Assembly (NCBI GenBank): GCA_047602425.1
Contig: JASGHG010000001.1
Location: 4,768,001 to 4,832,000 of the forward strand
Direction of reading: 5' to 3'
Source: Nibricoccus sp.
GTDB lineage: Bacteria > Verrucomicrobiota > Verrucomicrobiia > Opitutales > Opitutaceae
Length of the DNA stretch: 64,000 bases
In this document: positions 19,166-28,747 of the stretch, piece after piece
How positions within the stretch are numbered: position 1 is the stretch's first letter
Layout of the letters: each line of letters begins with the position of its first letter
Notes under the pieces: model-generated
Seen by the model: only the letters and a program-made list of their open reading frames with translations
What the model was told of the DNA's origin: nothing
Database searches by the model: none
Position numbers and translations under genes: made by a program

Positions 19166-20986
19166 ATGACCTTGCGCCAAAATCATTTTCTTCTATTTGC
19201 CGGTTTGGCCATCGCAGCCACAGCCCTCGCGGATACTTCGAAGCCGCCGCCACCGCTCGTATGTCGCGATTTGCCAGCCATCACCACCGCAGCCGACGGC
19301 GGTCTGCGCCCCGTGGTTGGCGTGCAAAATATCCAAGTCGTGCGCTCCAACCGTACCAGTTCTCCCCATGCCGACGGCCTGCTGCACAGCTATCTGCATC
19401 AACCGATGCTGGCGTATTGGAAAGGTAAATACTACCTCGAATACCTGAGTGGCCCGCGCAGTGAACACGAATTTCCCTGCGTAACCTCTCTCACCACATC
19501 GACCGACGGCTATCGGTGGGAAAAACCACGCGTCGTTTTTCCCGCGATCAAATTGCCCGACGGTCGCGAAACGGTCGCCCATCAACGCATGGGTTTCTAT
19601 GTCGCGCCCGAAGGACGCCTGCTCGTGCTCTCCTTTTACGGCATCCCGCCTGAACCCAACGACGGCACCGGAATCGGTCGCGCCGTGCGTGAGATTCTCG
19701 CCGATGGCTCCTTCGGGCCGATCTATTTCATACGCCTAAATGCCAAACAACATTTTCCTGAATTCAAGCCGCCTTATCCGCTTTACACCGCGTCGACCGA
19801 CGCCGGCTTTGTCGCGGCGTGCAATGCGCTGCTCGCCAACAAACTCATGACCGCCCAATGGTGGGAGGAAGACCAGCTCGACGAAAGCGGATTTTATACC
19901 ATCAAAGGCAAAGCGCTTTCGTACATTCATCGTCCTGACGGTTCTGTCCTCGGCGTCTGGAAAAATGCCCTCGTCGCCACCACGCACGATGCTGGCCAAA
20001 CCTGGACCGAGAAGCAATTTGCCACCAATCTTCCCAATAACGCGTCCAAATACTGGCTCCAAAAAACGGGCGATGACCGTTTCGCGCTTTTCCTAAACCC
20101 GACCAATCGCCAACGCCTGCCGCTCGCCGTCACGACCAGTGCGGATTGCGCAAACTTTACAGGTCTGCTGGCCATTCACGGCGAACTTCCCGATCAGCGT
20201 TTTCCCGGCAAATACAAAAACCTCGGCCCTCAATACGTTCGCGGCATCGTCGAGGGCAACGGCATTCCGCCCGATTCCGCCAAAGCCACTTGGGTGACCT
20301 ATAGCGTCAACAAGGAGGATATTTGGATCAGCCGTGTACCAACGCCCATCGTCGCCGCCGTTGATCAGCCGGTGCATGAGGATTTTGAAAAGACCGCCGC
20401 TGGCGCCCTTCCCGTCGACTGGAACATCTATAGCCCGCTTTGGGCTCCCGTTTCCGTGGTCGAAACAAATTCTCCCGCCAAACATGCCTTGGAACTCCGC
20501 GACGAAGACCCGTGCGACTACGCGCGCGCCGTTTGTGTTTTTCCCGAAACCCATGGCTTGAAGGCTTCCTTCAAAGTGCTTCCACGTCAGACAAACGCCC
20601 GCTTCGAAATCGAACTGGCCTCCGCTAACGGCGCGCGCCCGTTTTTGATCGCTCTCGGCGAAGATGGACACCTTTGGGCCAATCACGAAGGGGTATGGAA
20701 TGACAACGGCGCGTATACTGCCGGCCGATGGATCTCCTTTGAACTAGCAGCCAACGCCAAGACCGCCTCTGATCGCATCGCTCTTAAAATCGATGGCAAG
20801 CCTGCCAAACCAGGCGAAATCGGCCCGGCCGAGGCTGCCGCTACTGTTGAACGCCTGTCGTTCCGTACCGGCGCCTTCCGCTATCGCGGTGACGGCAAAG
20901 GCTACGATCTCCCTAACGCCGACATCAAAGTCCCAGCCGCATCCTTCCTGATCGACGACGTTCACCTCGAACCCGTCCGCGAATAG
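19166..20986 (+). CDS. Secreted GH143-like hydrolase (Dha, 3-deoxy-D-lyxo-heptulosarate, hydrolase candidate)
   Basis: Signal peptide; GVQNIQVVRSNR, YLHQPMLAYW, HQRMGFY, PNDGTGIGRAVREI..GPIYFIR, GPQYVRGI, YSVNKEDIW. By recollection resembles the N-terminal domain of BT1020. Confidence 0.72.
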   Translation: MTLRQNHFLLFAGLAIAATALADTSKPPPPLVCRDLPAITTAADGGLRPVVGVQNIQVVRSNRTSSPHADGLLHSYLHQPMLAYWKGKYYLEYLSGPRSEHEFPCVTSLTTSTDGYRWEKPRVVFPAIKLPDGRETVAHQRMGFYVAPEGRLLVLSFYGIPPEPNDGTGIGRAVREILADGSFGPIYFIRLNAKQHFPEFKPPYPLYTASTDAGFVAACNALLANKLMTAQWWEEDQLDESGFYTIKGKALSYIHRPDGSVLGVWKNALVATTHDAGQTWTEKQFATNLPNNASKYWLQKTGDDRFALFLNPTNRQRLPLAVTTSADCANFTGLLAIHGELPDQRFPGKYKNLGPQYVRGIVEGNGIPPDSAKATWVTYSVNKEDIWISRVPTPIVAAVDQPVHEDFEKTAAGALPVDWNIYSPLWAPVSVVETNSPAKHALELRDEDPCDYARAVCVFPETHGLKASFKVLPRQTNARFEIELASANGARPFLIALGEDGHLWANHEGVWNDNGAYTAGRWISFELAANAKTASDRIALKIDGKPAKPGEIGPAEAAATVERLSFRTGAFRYRGDGKGYDLPNADIKVPAASFLIDDVHLEPVRE

Positions 20987-20992
20987 TTTCCC

Positions 20993-23900
20993 GTGCGCCG
21001 CCTGACTCCAGCCCGCTGTTTTCTCCTGGCCCTGTTGGTGGTCTTCGCCCCGTTTCTCCGTGCTGCCGAACTTCGCACCGATCAACTCCTCACCGACAAC
21101 TGGCGCACCCTCCTTGCCCCCGCTGATGCCGTTGGCTTCGAAAAACCTGCGTTCGACGATCGCGATTGGAGCCCTGTCAGCGTGCCGCACAACCATGACA
21201 CCTACCATGGCTACCACCAACTCCGCCATGGTAACCTCCATGGCACGGCATGGTATCGCACCAGCTTCACCATCGCATCGTCTGAGCAGGGGCGCCGCAT
21301 TTTTCTTTTCTTCGAGGGCGTTGGTTCCTATGCGACGGTTTGGGTCAACGGCCAACAGGTTGGGAAACACGCCGGGGGCTTGACCACGTTCACGCTCGAC
21401 GTCACTGACGCGATCGCTTTCGGCCGCGAAAATATCCTCGCCGTCCGCGCCGATCATCCCGCTGGCATTCGCGATCTGCCCTGGCTCTGCGGCGGCTGCG
21501 AACGCACCTATGGCACCTCGGAAGGCCCGCAACCTCTCGGCATCATCCGCCCCGTGCATGTTGTCAGCACCGCTCCCGTGCGCATCGAACCGTTCGGTGT
21601 TCATGCTTGGATCGATGGGCCCCAGTCCGACTCCGTCGCCACGCGCATCGACACCGAGGCGAAAAACTACAATGCCCGCACTGCGCAGATCACACTCCGC
21701 ACGACACTACTTGACCGCGAGGGCAACTCGGTTGTCGAAACGTCCTCTGCGCACACGGCCAATCCAGGCGAAACAGCCAAAATCGCTCAGACGCTCCCCG
21801 CGGTTTCGAACCTTCATCTTTGGTCGCCCGCGTCGCCGTACCTTTATACGATTCGGTCCGAAATCCTCATCAACGGACAGCCCGTCGATCGCTTTGAGAC
21901 GCCCTTCGGTTTCCGTTGGATCGCCTGGCCCAAGTCCGCCAATTCCAATCGCCGACGCCTGCTGGTGAACGGCGAACCGTTTTTTATCAACGGTACCGCC
22001 GACTACGAACATCTCCTCGGCAATAATTTTGCGTTCACCGACACGCAAATCACTGCGCGCGTTCGGCAGATCGAGGCCGCTGGCTTCAACGCCTTTCGCG
22101 ACGCACATCACCCGCACAATCTCCGTTTTCAACAGTACTGGGATCACGACGGTCTGCTTTGGTGGACCCAGTTTGGCGACTCTACTTGGTTCGACAATGA
22201 CGCTTTCCGTACCAACTGCAAAACGCTGCTCACCGAATGGGTGAAGGAGCGCCGCAATAGTCCGTCGCTCATCCTCTGGGGACTGCAAAACGAAAGCCTC
22301 CTGCCCACTGCCTTCGCCGAGGAATGCTCCGCTCTTATTCGCAAGCTCGATCCCACCTCCTCGACCCAGCGGCTCATCACCACGTGCAATGGCGGCACCG
22401 GCACCGATTGGGACGTTCCGCAAAACTGGTCGGGCACGTACAGCGGCGATCCCGAAAAATACGACGAAGATCTGCGCACACAGTCCTTAATTGGTGAATA
22501 CGGTGCTTGGCGTAGCCTCGGCCTGCACACCGAGGGGGGCTTCGTCGAAAAATCTCCGCTCAGCGAGGACCGTTTTTGCGCTTTGATGGAAATGAAAATC
22601 GCACTCGCCGAGAAAGCCCGCGCCGACGCCTGCGGCCATTTCCAGTGGCCGTTCGTTAGCCATGCGAATCCCGGCCGCAACTTCGGGGAACTCGGCGAAC
22701 AGCTCTACGACGGCATCCGCCCACTCGATCGCGTAGGCCCGGTGAACAACAAGGGCCTTTTCACCATTTGGGGCGAGCCCACCGATGCATTCTATCTCTA
22801 CCGGGCCAACTTCGCTCCGAAGGAAACTCAGCCGATGGTCTATATCGTTTCCCATACCTGGCCGGACCGCTGGACGTCTCCCGGCAAAAAATCCGGTCTC
22901 ATCGTTTATTCCAACTGCGACGAAGTGGAGCTGTTTAATGGTTCTCGTTCACTTGGCCGCCGCACACGCGCGGGCATCGGCACGCATTTCCGCTGGGACG
23001 ACGTCGAAATCGACTGCAATCTCCTCCGTGCCGAGGCTCGCGTGGGCAGTGCAGTCGTTGCCAGCGACGCGGTCTGCCTAAAACATCTGCCACCCCCAAT
23101 CGATGAGAAAAAAGAGTCGAAAAAATACAGCTTGGTCCAGCCCGCCCTCGGATACCAATATCTTTACCGCATCAATTGCGGTGGTCCGGCTTTTCGCGAT
23201 CCTTACGAAAATCTCTGGCTGGCTGACCGAGATTTCAACCCGGGCGATTCCTGGGGCGCAGTCTCTTGGGCCACCGAATTCGCGAATCTGCCCGCCGCTT
23301 TTGCCAGCCAAGGCAAAACTTACAGCGTGGTGACAGGTACACGAGCCAGCACGCTCTTCCAAACTTTCCGCTACGGCCGCGAAAATCTTTCCTACCGCTT
23401 CGCCGTTCCCGATGGCGAATATCTCGTCGAACTGTTTTTCGTTGAGCCGTGGTACGGCATCGGAGACGGCCTGAACTGCACAGGCTGGCGGGTCTTCGAT
23501 GTCGCGATCAATGGCCAGGTCGTGCTGCGGGATTTTGATCTCTGGCGCGAGGTCGGCCATGGCCGCGCCGTCAAGAAAACTGCCACCGCCCGCAGCGATA
23601 AGGGCGTGCTGACCATTTCCTTTCCGCGGGTCTCGTCCGGACAGGCCGTGATTTCCGCCATCGCCATCTCCACCAAAATCCCGCAGCCCGAGCCGAACCC
23701 TCCGCCACCAGCAATTATGTTGCTCAAAAGTCCGCCGCAATCCTCCGTCGAGACCCATCTCGATACCGGCGACCGCCACTATAGCGATGTACCTGGAGGC
23801 TTCACTGAATTGCCTTACGAACTCTTCGATGCCGATTGGCTTCGCACGCCGGCTTCCGCGACGACAGCATTGGAATTCAAGCTGAGTTACGATGCCGACG

Positions 23901-24805
23901 TTTGGGTTGCCTTGGACGAACGTATTTTACCCCTGCCTGGCTGGCTCGCCGGTTGGGAGCGCACTTCGCTCTCCCTGCGCACCAACGCTGCCGTTGGCTC
24001 AAAATTCGTTCTTTACCGAAAAGCCTTCGCCAAAAGCAGCATTGTTTCGCTCGGTGAGATTTCATCTGGTGTGATGCGCTACACGGTTTTCATCACGCGT
24101 GTGCTACCGCCGGCGCCTCCACAATTTGTCACATTATCGGACAACGCCCCTAACTGGCAGGCCGTAGGAAACGTCAAACTGGGCGTCCGTAGCGAGCTGC
24201 TCGGGTTCAGCATTGTCCGTTTTCCAGACAATCTGACTGGTGGCGATTTTATCCTGCCTTCTGCAGCCGCCCCTTCACCTCCACTTCGCCTGAGCGCCGA
24301 CGATCACGTAGAAATCACAGGCGCCTTCAAACCCGGCACCAAAGTAGGCGGTGGATGGATCGATACCAAACGAACCGCCACCGCCAACGACGGCGCAACC
24401 TTTGCCTTGTGGCGTCAACGTCTCGCCGCCGGAGCTTCCGTCGAATTTGCCTCAACCAACGATACACCACTTTTCGCCTTCGTTCGCGCCGTTCGTCCAT
24501 CCGTTACGTATAAAGCGCAAAAAGTCGCTGATAACCGGACTGAATGGACCATTCAGGTCGGCGTCGGCGATCGTTACGGCTTGAACTTCAAGTACCGTAA
24601 TCTTTCGGCCGCCCGCATCACCGCCACGCTCGAAATCATGCAAGCCAACGGTGACCTCCTGCGGACCGATCCGATCGAATTCCCGCCCACTGCCGAGTGG
24701 GCTATCGTCCGCACCCGTACCGGTGCCAGCATCAACGCCGGCACCTACAAATTCCGCCTGCTCGCTCCGCCCCAACTGCAACTCGAAAATCTGGAGGTAG
24801 AATAA
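20993..24805 (+). CDS. Secreted GH2 with malectin (CBM57) and further C-terminal domains; beta-glucuronidase-like
   Basis: FFEGVGSYA, LPWLCGGC, AFRDAHHP, WGLQNE, IGEYGA motifs; malectin YRINCGG...LFQTFRYG...VELFFVEP...RVFDV. Confidence 0.88.
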   Translation: MRRLTPARCFLLALLVVFAPFLRAAELRTDQLLTDNWRTLLAPADAVGFEKPAFDDRDWSPVSVPHNHDTYHGYHQLRHGNLHGTAWYRTSFTIASSEQGRRIFLFFEGVGSYATVWVNGQQVGKHAGGLTTFTLDVTDAIAFGRENILAVRADHPAGIRDLPWLCGGCERTYGTSEGPQPLGIIRPVHVVSTAPVRIEPFGVHAWIDGPQSDSVATRIDTEAKNYNARTAQITLRTTLLDREGNSVVETSSAHTANPGETAKIAQTLPAVSNLHLWSPASPYLYTIRSEILINGQPVDRFETPFGFRWIAWPKSANSNRRRLLVNGEPFFINGTADYEHLLGNNFAFTDTQITARVRQIEAAGFNAFRDAHHPHNLRFQQYWDHDGLLWWTQFGDSTWFDNDAFRTNCKTLLTEWVKERRNSPSLILWGLQNESLLPTAFAEECSALIRKLDPTSSTQRLITTCNGGTGTDWDVPQNWSGTYSGDPEKYDEDLRTQSLIGEYGAWRSLGLHTEGGFVEKSPLSEDRFCALMEMKIALAEKARADACGHFQWPFVSHANPGRNFGELGEQLYDGIRPLDRVGPVNNKGLFTIWGEPTDAFYLYRANFAPKETQPMVYIVSHTWPDRWTSPGKKSGLIVYSNCDEVELFNGSRSLGRRTRAGIGTHFRWDDVEIDCNLLRAEARVGSAVVASDAVCLKHLPPPIDEKKESKKYSLVQPALGYQYLYRINCGGPAFRDPYENLWLADRDFNPGDSWGAVSWATEFANLPAAFASQGKTYSVVTGTRASTLFQTFRYGRENLSYRFAVPDGEYLVELFFVEPWYGIGDGLNCTGWRVFDVAINGQVVLRDFDLWREVGHGRAVKKTATARSDKGVLTISFPRVSSGQAVISAIAISTKIPQPEPNPPPPAIMLLKSPPQSSVETHLDTGDRHYSDVPGGFTELPYELFDADWLRTPASATTALEFKLSYDADVWVALDERILPLPGWLAGWERTSLSLRTNAAVGSKFVLYRKAFAKSSIVSLGEISSGVMRYTVFITRVLPPAPPQFVTLSDNAPNWQAVGNVKLGVRSELLGFSIVRFPDNLTGGDFILPSAAAPSPPLRLSADDHVEITGAFKPGTKVGGGWIDTKRTATANDGATFALWRQRLAAGASVEFASTNDTPLFAFVRAVRPSVTYKAQKVADNRTEWTIQVGVGDRYGLNFKYRNLSAARITATLEIMQANGDLLRTDPIEFPPTAEWAIVRTRTGASINAGTYKFRLLAPPQLQLENLEVE

Positions 24806-24806
24806 C

Positions 24807-27233
24807 ATGCTCCGCCGTCTCGCGATTCTCGTTTTTTCTCTCGCAACTCTTTGCAGCCTCCACGCCCAAAGCCTGCGCGACCGCCTGCTCTGGGACGACC
24901 GCTGGCGCTTCGCCCTCGGCGACATTCCCGAAGCAAAAGAACCGGCCTTCAACGATTCTGCCTGGCGCCAGCTCCATTTGCCACACGATTGGAGCATCGA
25001 GGGCCAAACCGATCCCAATGCTCCAACCGCCGGTGGCGGTGGATTTTTCCCGACGGGCATCGGCTGGTATCGGCGCAGTTTCATTGCCCCTACCATATGG
25101 ATCGGCAAGCGCGTCCAGCTCGAATTCGAAGGCGTTGCCGGTCAGGTCGAAATCTGGCTGAACGGCAAACCGGTCGCCGCCCACCCTAACTCTTTCACCT
25201 CCTTCTTCGCGGATCTCACACCGCACCTCAAACACGGTCGCGATAACTTTCTCGCCCTTCGCGTCGACAATTCCAAGCAGCCCAACACCCGTTACTACAC
25301 CGGTTCCGGTCTCTACCGGCATGTGTGGCTCAACGTCACCGGCGTCATCCATCAGGCTCCGTGGAGCGTTTTCGTTTCTACGACAGAACTCACCGCCGAA
25401 CGAGCGACAATCGCCATACGGGCCAATATCAAAAACTTCAGCGATGCCCCCGCCTCCGTTGCCCTCCAAACCCAGGTTTTCGGCCCCGACGACCGCCCTG
25501 TTGAAATCGTTTCGGAAACCGTTCCGCCCGCTCTCCAACTAATTGGCGGTGGCAACCAGTTTGTAACGTATAACGTTACAATCAAAAATCCGAAACCCTG
25601 GCACCCCGACACACCAGTGCTCTATCACGCCATCACTCGCGTTCTTGTCAGCGGACGGGTGGTCGATGAAGTTTCCACGCCTTTCGGAGTGCGCACACTC
25701 AAAGTTTCCGCCGCTCGCGGATTCGAACTCAACGGCCAGCCTGTCAAACTCCGCGGCGGCAACGTCCACTCCGACCAGGGTCCGCTCGGTGCCGCCGCCT
25801 TCGACCGGGCCGAGGAACGGAAGGTTCAGCTTCTGAAATCCGCCGGCTACAACGCCGCGCGCACCGCGCATAATCCGGTCGCCCCTGCATTTCTGGAGGC
25901 TTGCGACCGCCTTGGCCTGCTCGTGATCGAAGAAGCCTTCGACTGCTGGGAAAAGGGCAAGGTTGCCGAAGACTACAGCAAATTTTTCAAGGATTGGTGG
26001 CAACGAGACATTGATGCCATGGTCATGCGCGACCGTAATCATCCGTCTGTGGTGATGTGGAGCACGGGCAACGAACTTTACGAAAGAGGCAACGCCAACG
26101 GTCTTCGCATTGCCACCGAACTCGCCGCCCGTATTCGTTCTCTCGATACCACCCGCCCTCTCACCGCTGGCATCAACGGCCTCGGCAAAGGTGGTGACTG
26201 GACGAAGCTCGACCCGCTTTTCGCCACGCTCGATGCCGCCGGCTACAACTACGAGCTCACGCGCCACGCGGACGACCACACCCGGCTTCCGGCCCGCGTC
26301 ATCTATTCATCCGAATCATATCAAACCGATACGTTTCAAAACTGGTCTACCGTCTTGAGCCAGCCGTACATCGTCGGCGATTTCGTCTGGAGTGCGATTG
26401 ACTATCTGGGAGAGGCTGGCATCGGCCGCATCTATCCGCCCAGCCAGACCGCTGCCGCCCACTGGATCGGCAACCACTATCCGTGGCACGGCGGCGCTTG
26501 TGGCGATTTGGATATTACAGGAATTCGCCGACCTGAATCTTACTACCGTGAACTTGTCTGGGGCGTCGGCGTGACGAAACTCTACGCCGCCGTCGTTCCG
26601 CCAACGTCCGCCGACCGTCCATGGAACACCACGCTCTGGTCCGTTCCACCCGCCGAGGCGCACTGGAACTGGACTGGCTATGAAGGAAAACCTCTCCAGG
26701 TCGTGGTTTTTTCTCGCTACGATGCAGTTCGGCTTCTGCTGAACGGAAAAAACGTCGGTGAGAAAAACACCAGTGCCGCGACGCAATACAAGGCCACTTT
26801 CTCAGTCCCGTACGCGGAGGGTAAACTCGTCGCCGTTGCTTTTGCCCAAGGCAAAGAGGCGGCACGCTTCACGCTTCAAACCGCCGAAAACGACGTGCAA
26901 CTCCGCCTCACTGCCGACCGCAAAACTATGCGCGCCGACTCTGAAGACCTCATTTTCATCAACGTCGAGGTCGTCGACAAAAATGGCACCGTCCATTCTG
27001 GCGTAAACCAATCCGTCCACTACACCGTCAGCGGTCCTGCCACACTCGCGGCCATCGGCAGCGCCGATCTTGCGTCCACCGAACCGTACAATGCCAACCC
27101 TCGCCGCCTCCACGATGGCCGGAGCCTCATTGTTCTCCGTAGCACCGCCGAACCGGGAAAAATCACCTTTACTGCCACCGCACCCGGAATGAAACCCGCA
27201 TCAGTCACACTCGAATCAAAGTCCAGCTTGTGA
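24807..27233 (+). CDS. Secreted GH2 beta-galactosidase-like hydrolase
   Basis: LPHDWSIE, RYYTGSGLYRHV, RTAHNP, RDRNHPSVVMWSTGNE, DYLGEAG motifs. Confidence 0.92.
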   Translation: MLRRLAILVFSLATLCSLHAQSLRDRLLWDDRWRFALGDIPEAKEPAFNDSAWRQLHLPHDWSIEGQTDPNAPTAGGGGFFPTGIGWYRRSFIAPTIWIGKRVQLEFEGVAGQVEIWLNGKPVAAHPNSFTSFFADLTPHLKHGRDNFLALRVDNSKQPNTRYYTGSGLYRHVWLNVTGVIHQAPWSVFVSTTELTAERATIAIRANIKNFSDAPASVALQTQVFGPDDRPVEIVSETVPPALQLIGGGNQFVTYNVTIKNPKPWHPDTPVLYHAITRVLVSGRVVDEVSTPFGVRTLKVSAARGFELNGQPVKLRGGNVHSDQGPLGAAAFDRAEERKVQLLKSAGYNAARTAHNPVAPAFLEACDRLGLLVIEEAFDCWEKGKVAEDYSKFFKDWWQRDIDAMVMRDRNHPSVVMWSTGNELYERGNANGLRIATELAARIRSLDTTRPLTAGINGLGKGGDWTKLDPLFATLDAAGYNYELTRHADDHTRLPARVIYSSESYQTDTFQNWSTVLSQPYIVGDFVWSAIDYLGEAGIGRIYPPSQTAAAHWIGNHYPWHGGACGDLDITGIRRPESYYRELVWGVGVTKLYAAVVPPTSADRPWNTTLWSVPPAEAHWNWTGYEGKPLQVVVFSRYDAVRLLLNGKNVGEKNTSAATQYKATFSVPYAEGKLVAVAFAQGKEAARFTLQTAENDVQLRLTADRKTMRADSEDLIFINVEVVDKNGTVHSGVNQSVHYTVSGPATLAAIGSADLASTEPYNANPRRLHDGRSLIVLRSTAEPGKITFTATAPGMKPASVTLESKSSL

Positions 27234-28741
27234 AACTTCGTCTATTTCCATCACTCCTCTTCGCTCTTCTCACCACGCTTGCCCGTGCCGAAGTCGCCTG
27301 CCCGGTCATTTTTTCCGACCACATGGTTCTCCAACGCGAGAGCCCTGTCGCCATCTGGGGAACGGCCACGCCTGACGAGCAAGTCACCGTGGAGTTTGCC
27401 GGCCAGTCAAAAACCGCCAAGACCTCAACCGATGGAAAGTGGCGCATCGATCTCGACGCCATGCCTGCAAGCAAAGAGCCGCGCCTGCTCACCGTTCGCG
27501 GCAACAACACGCTGCGTTTCGTCGACGTGCTTGTGGGTGAGGTCTGGTTTTGCTCCGGCCAGTCAAACATGGAAAAGCAGCTCGGTCCGCGCAAGGGCCA
27601 GAAGCCGACCGACAACTACGAGGAAGCCACGCGCCAGGCCAATCACCCGCTGCTCCGTTTGTATCAAGTGCCGCACTACAGCAAACCGACCGACAAAATT
27701 CTCAGCCTTCGCTGGGTCGCCTGCACACCCGAAACCGTGACCGCCGCCGAATTTTCGGCCGCTGGCTACTATTTTGGCGCCGAGCTTCTGCGCAAACTCG
27801 ACGTTCCCGTCGGCCTGATCCACTCCAGCTACGGCGGTACGATGATCGAGGCATGGACGCCACGCGAAGCATTCGAGCGCACACCCGAACTCGCTCCACT
27901 CCTTGCCAAACCCTATCAAGCCTGGGTCAAAGGCGTCCAGGCCACCGAGCTTTTCAACAGCATGGTCGCTCCCTATGTTCCCTACACGCTGCGCGGTTTC
28001 CTCTGGTACCAAGGCGAGTCAAACCTCATGGCCGGCGACACTGACATCTACACGCTCAAGCTTCGCACGTTGATCGAAAGCTGGCGCGCGCTTTGGACCA
28101 AACCCGACGCGCCGTTCTATTACGTTTTGCTCGCGCCCTTCCGTTACTCGCCACGTGATAAAGATCCCGCACAGCTGACCGCCGAGGCCCTCCCGCTTTT
28201 TTGGGAAGCGCAAATCGCCACCGCCAAAATCGTTCCGCACACTGGCTTCGTCGTCACCACTGACATTGGCAATCCGAAGGACATTCATCCGACCAACAAG
28301 CGCGGCGTCGGCCTTCGACTCGCCACGCTCGCCCTTGCCGAAACCTACGGATCGCCCAACACCGCAGCCCAAAGCCCACGCTTCGCCTCGAAGGAAATTT
28401 CCGCCAACAAAATTATTCTGCGCTTCTCTCCTGCTTCCCCAGGCCTGAAATCCCGTGACGGTAAACCGCTCGACGGTTTCCTCATCGCCGGCAGCGATAA
28501 AAATTTCGTCCCCGCCAACGCAGTGATCGAAGGCGACACCGTCGTCGTCACTGCACCCGCCATCGCCAGCCCTGTCGCCGTCCGCTTCGCTTGGTCAGAA
28601 GCCGCCAATCCGAATCTCGTCAATTCCGTCGGCCTACCGGTCGCACCGTTCCGCACCGACGACTGGCCGGTCATCTACCGGCGCCCAGCGCCGTCGCCGG
28701 CCACCGAATCTTCTTCTACGCCCAAACCCGCTTCCCCCTGA
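27230..28741 (+). CDS. Sialate O-acetylesterase (SASA) family carbohydrate esterase
   Basis: FSDHMVLQR, GEVWFCSGQSNM, WYQGESN, DIHPTNK motifs; signal peptide. Confidence 0.9.
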   Translation: MKLRLFPSLLFALLTTLARAEVACPVIFSDHMVLQRESPVAIWGTATPDEQVTVEFAGQSKTAKTSTDGKWRIDLDAMPASKEPRLLTVRGNNTLRFVDVLVGEVWFCSGQSNMEKQLGPRKGQKPTDNYEEATRQANHPLLRLYQVPHYSKPTDKILSLRWVACTPETVTAAEFSAAGYYFGAELLRKLDVPVGLIHSSYGGTMIEAWTPREAFERTPELAPLLAKPYQAWVKGVQATELFNSMVAPYVPYTLRGFLWYQGESNLMAGDTDIYTLKLRTLIESWRALWTKPDAPFYYVLLAPFRYSPRDKDPAQLTAEALPLFWEAQIATAKIVPHTGFVVTTDIGNPKDIHPTNKRGVGLRLATLALAETYGSPNTAAQSPRFASKEISANKIILRFSPASPGLKSRDGKPLDGFLIAGSDKNFVPANAVIEGDTVVVTAPAIASPVAVRFAWSEAANPNLVNSVGLPVAPFRTDDWPVIYRRPAPSPATESSSTPKPASP

Positions 28742-28747
28742 ACTCCC

